This document shows positions 62,677 through 64,000 of a stretch of 64,000 nucleotides of DNA, in pieces. Position 1 is the first letter of the stretch. Every line of letters starts with the position of its first letter. This DNA is from Escherichia phage LF82-4, in the sequence record PV660448; one strand, given 5' to 3'. The notes beneath the pieces are model-generated. The model was not told the origin of the DNA. It ran no database searches and was given only the letters and a program-made list of their open reading frames with translations. The position numbers and the translations under genes are program-made.

Positions 62677-63018
62677 TTAAAAGAATTTAAATTTTTTCTT
62701 GGTTCGTTCATTAAAAGCTTGTTGTACTTGCATTGTAACACATTTTTCAACATGTGGTGCAAGTTCTGCTTTTCTGTCCTGGTCAAGAACTGCAAAGTCC
62801 ATTACGATTTTACCATCAACCCAGTCTAGTTTTGTAATATAGACTATATGATGAGAACCGTCTTCAAGTGTAATCAGAATCTCTTGAATGACATTTTCCA
62901 TTGCTGAACGGATAATTTTAAGAGATTCATTAAACACTCGTTCTTTGCGAATGTCTTCCCCTTCCGAAGAAGGGGATTCATCAACGATTTCTAGATTTAA
63001 ATCATCGAGATTATTCAT
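62677..63018 (-). CDS. 40: gp40 head vertex assembly chaperone (start at internal Met)
   Basis: 113 aa from MNNLDDLNLEIV...; position between uvsX and 41. Confidence 0.6.
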   Translation of the reverse strand: MNNLDDLNLEIVDESPSSEGEDIRKERVFNESLKIIRSAMENVIQEILITLEDGSHHIVYITKLDWVDGKIVMDFAVLDQDRKAELAPHVEKCVTMQVQQAFNERTKKKFKFF

Positions 63019-64000
63019 CGAAATCTTCCATTTCGTCAAGGTCGTTTTCAATATCTGCTGCAGACGGGGCATCAGAAGCTTTAACCGGAACTTTAGTTGT
63101 TGCTTTGCAATTAATAAGGTCGTTAACAGCGTCATCAACTTCTTTAATAGAAGAGATAGCACCTAGTTTATATTTAGTTTCAATTGCATCTCGGAAAGGT
63201 TTGTGTTTAAACAAAGGTCCCCAGAATTCTACACAATCAGTAGCTTTAGCACGCCACGATTTCTCTTCACGAATCATTTCACCTGTTTCTTCGTCAAGGA
63301 ATTCACGAGCATACCAACCGGCTTTAGGCTTAACAACAAATCCAATTTCAGTTGCCATTTCTAACAAGCCACTGAATGGGTCGATACCACCATCAAAATT
63401 AACTGTGATTGGGAAAGTAGATTTTTCTTTAACTGTACGAGATTTTTCTGCTTTCAACGTGAAGTCATAACCGGTCAATTCTGTACCTTCTTTAACCTGA
63501 CGTTTAGAGATAAAGAATACAGTGTTAGCAGAGTAAAGAATACCTGTACCACCACCCATAATCTCTTTAGGATATAGTCCGCCGATTTCCATTGCTGTAT
63601 GGTTGATTGCAACACATGGAATATCTTTAATAGTCAGATAAGGAGTCACAATGCGGAACAGAGATTTAAGTGCCTTAGCACGAGACATATCACCTACGAC
63701 TTTCTCGTTCAATGCATCTTCGGTTTCTTTCTTAGATGCAGTATTACCGATTGAATCGATAAAGATAATAACTTTATCACCGCGTTCAATAGCGTCAAGC
63801 TGATTAGTCATATCAACTTTAAGTTGTTCGACTGACTGAATTGGTGTATGAACTACACGGTCTAAATCAACACCCATTGAACGAAAATAAGATTCCGAAG
63901 CACCGAATTCTGAGTCATAAAACAAACAGATTGCATCTTTATATTTCTTCATATACGCTGCAACCATAGTTAGTCCAAACAACGTTTTAAAGTGTTTAGA
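63011..64000 (-). CDS. uvsX: UvsX RecA-like recombinase (N-terminus beyond window end)
   Basis: C-terminal 323+ aa visible; frame open to window edge. Confidence 0.9.
   Translation of the reverse strand, partial: SKHFKTLFGLTMVAAYMKKYKDAICLFYDSEFGASESYFRSMGVDLDRVVHTPIQSVEQLKVDMTNQLDAIERGDKVIIFIDSIGNTASKKETEDALNEKVVGDMSRAKALKSLFRIVTPYLTIKDIPCVAINHTAMEIGGLYPKEIMGGGTGILYSANTVFFISKRQVKEGTELTGYDFTLKAEKSRTVKEKSTFPITVNFDGGIDPFSGLLEMATEIGFVVKPKAGWYAREFLDEETGEMIREEKSWRAKATDCVEFWGPLFKHKPFRDAIETKYKLGAISSIKEVDDAVNDLINCKATTKVPVKASDAPSAADIENDLDEMEDFDE

Overview
This window reads as a contiguous segment of a T-even (T4-like, Tequatrovirus-type) lytic phage genome. The gene order matches the T4 map across the rIIB/rIIA junction. 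On the minus strand it runs rIII-31-cd-pseT-alc-rnlA-denA-nrdB-nrdA-td(intron with I-TevI)-frd-32-59-33-dsbA-rnh. The plus strand carries the late tail-fibre block 34-35-36-37-38-t. The minus strand then resumes with asiA-motA-52-ndd-denB-rIIB-rIIA-39-dexA-dda-srd-modA-modB-soc-56-61-sp-dmd-41-40-uvsX (uvsX runs off the window end). Protein identities were recognised by recalled similarity to T4 proteins; no database search was run. Accessory content looks T2/T6-like rather than T4-like: gene 39 is one unsplit ORF, nrdB has no intron, gp38 is the glycine-rich adhesin type, and no dam gene sits between 56 and 61. The minus-strand gene arrays are punctuated by many T4-type early promoters (GTTTAC-N17/18-TATAAT) and by CGAA/UUCG-tetraloop hairpin terminators; late promoters (TATAAATA) precede genes 34, 36, soc and 32. 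The most interesting content is in the hyperplastic intervals: a full-length class I DAHP synthase between cd and pseT, a GT-B-like glycosyltransferase candidate between gene 39 and rIIA, and two extra ORFs inserted between dmd and gene 41. No rRNA, tRNA, CRISPR array or integrase was seen. Regulatory-site coordinates were indexed by eye and are approximate (about +/-2 nt); CDS coordinates are anchored to the supplied ORF track.
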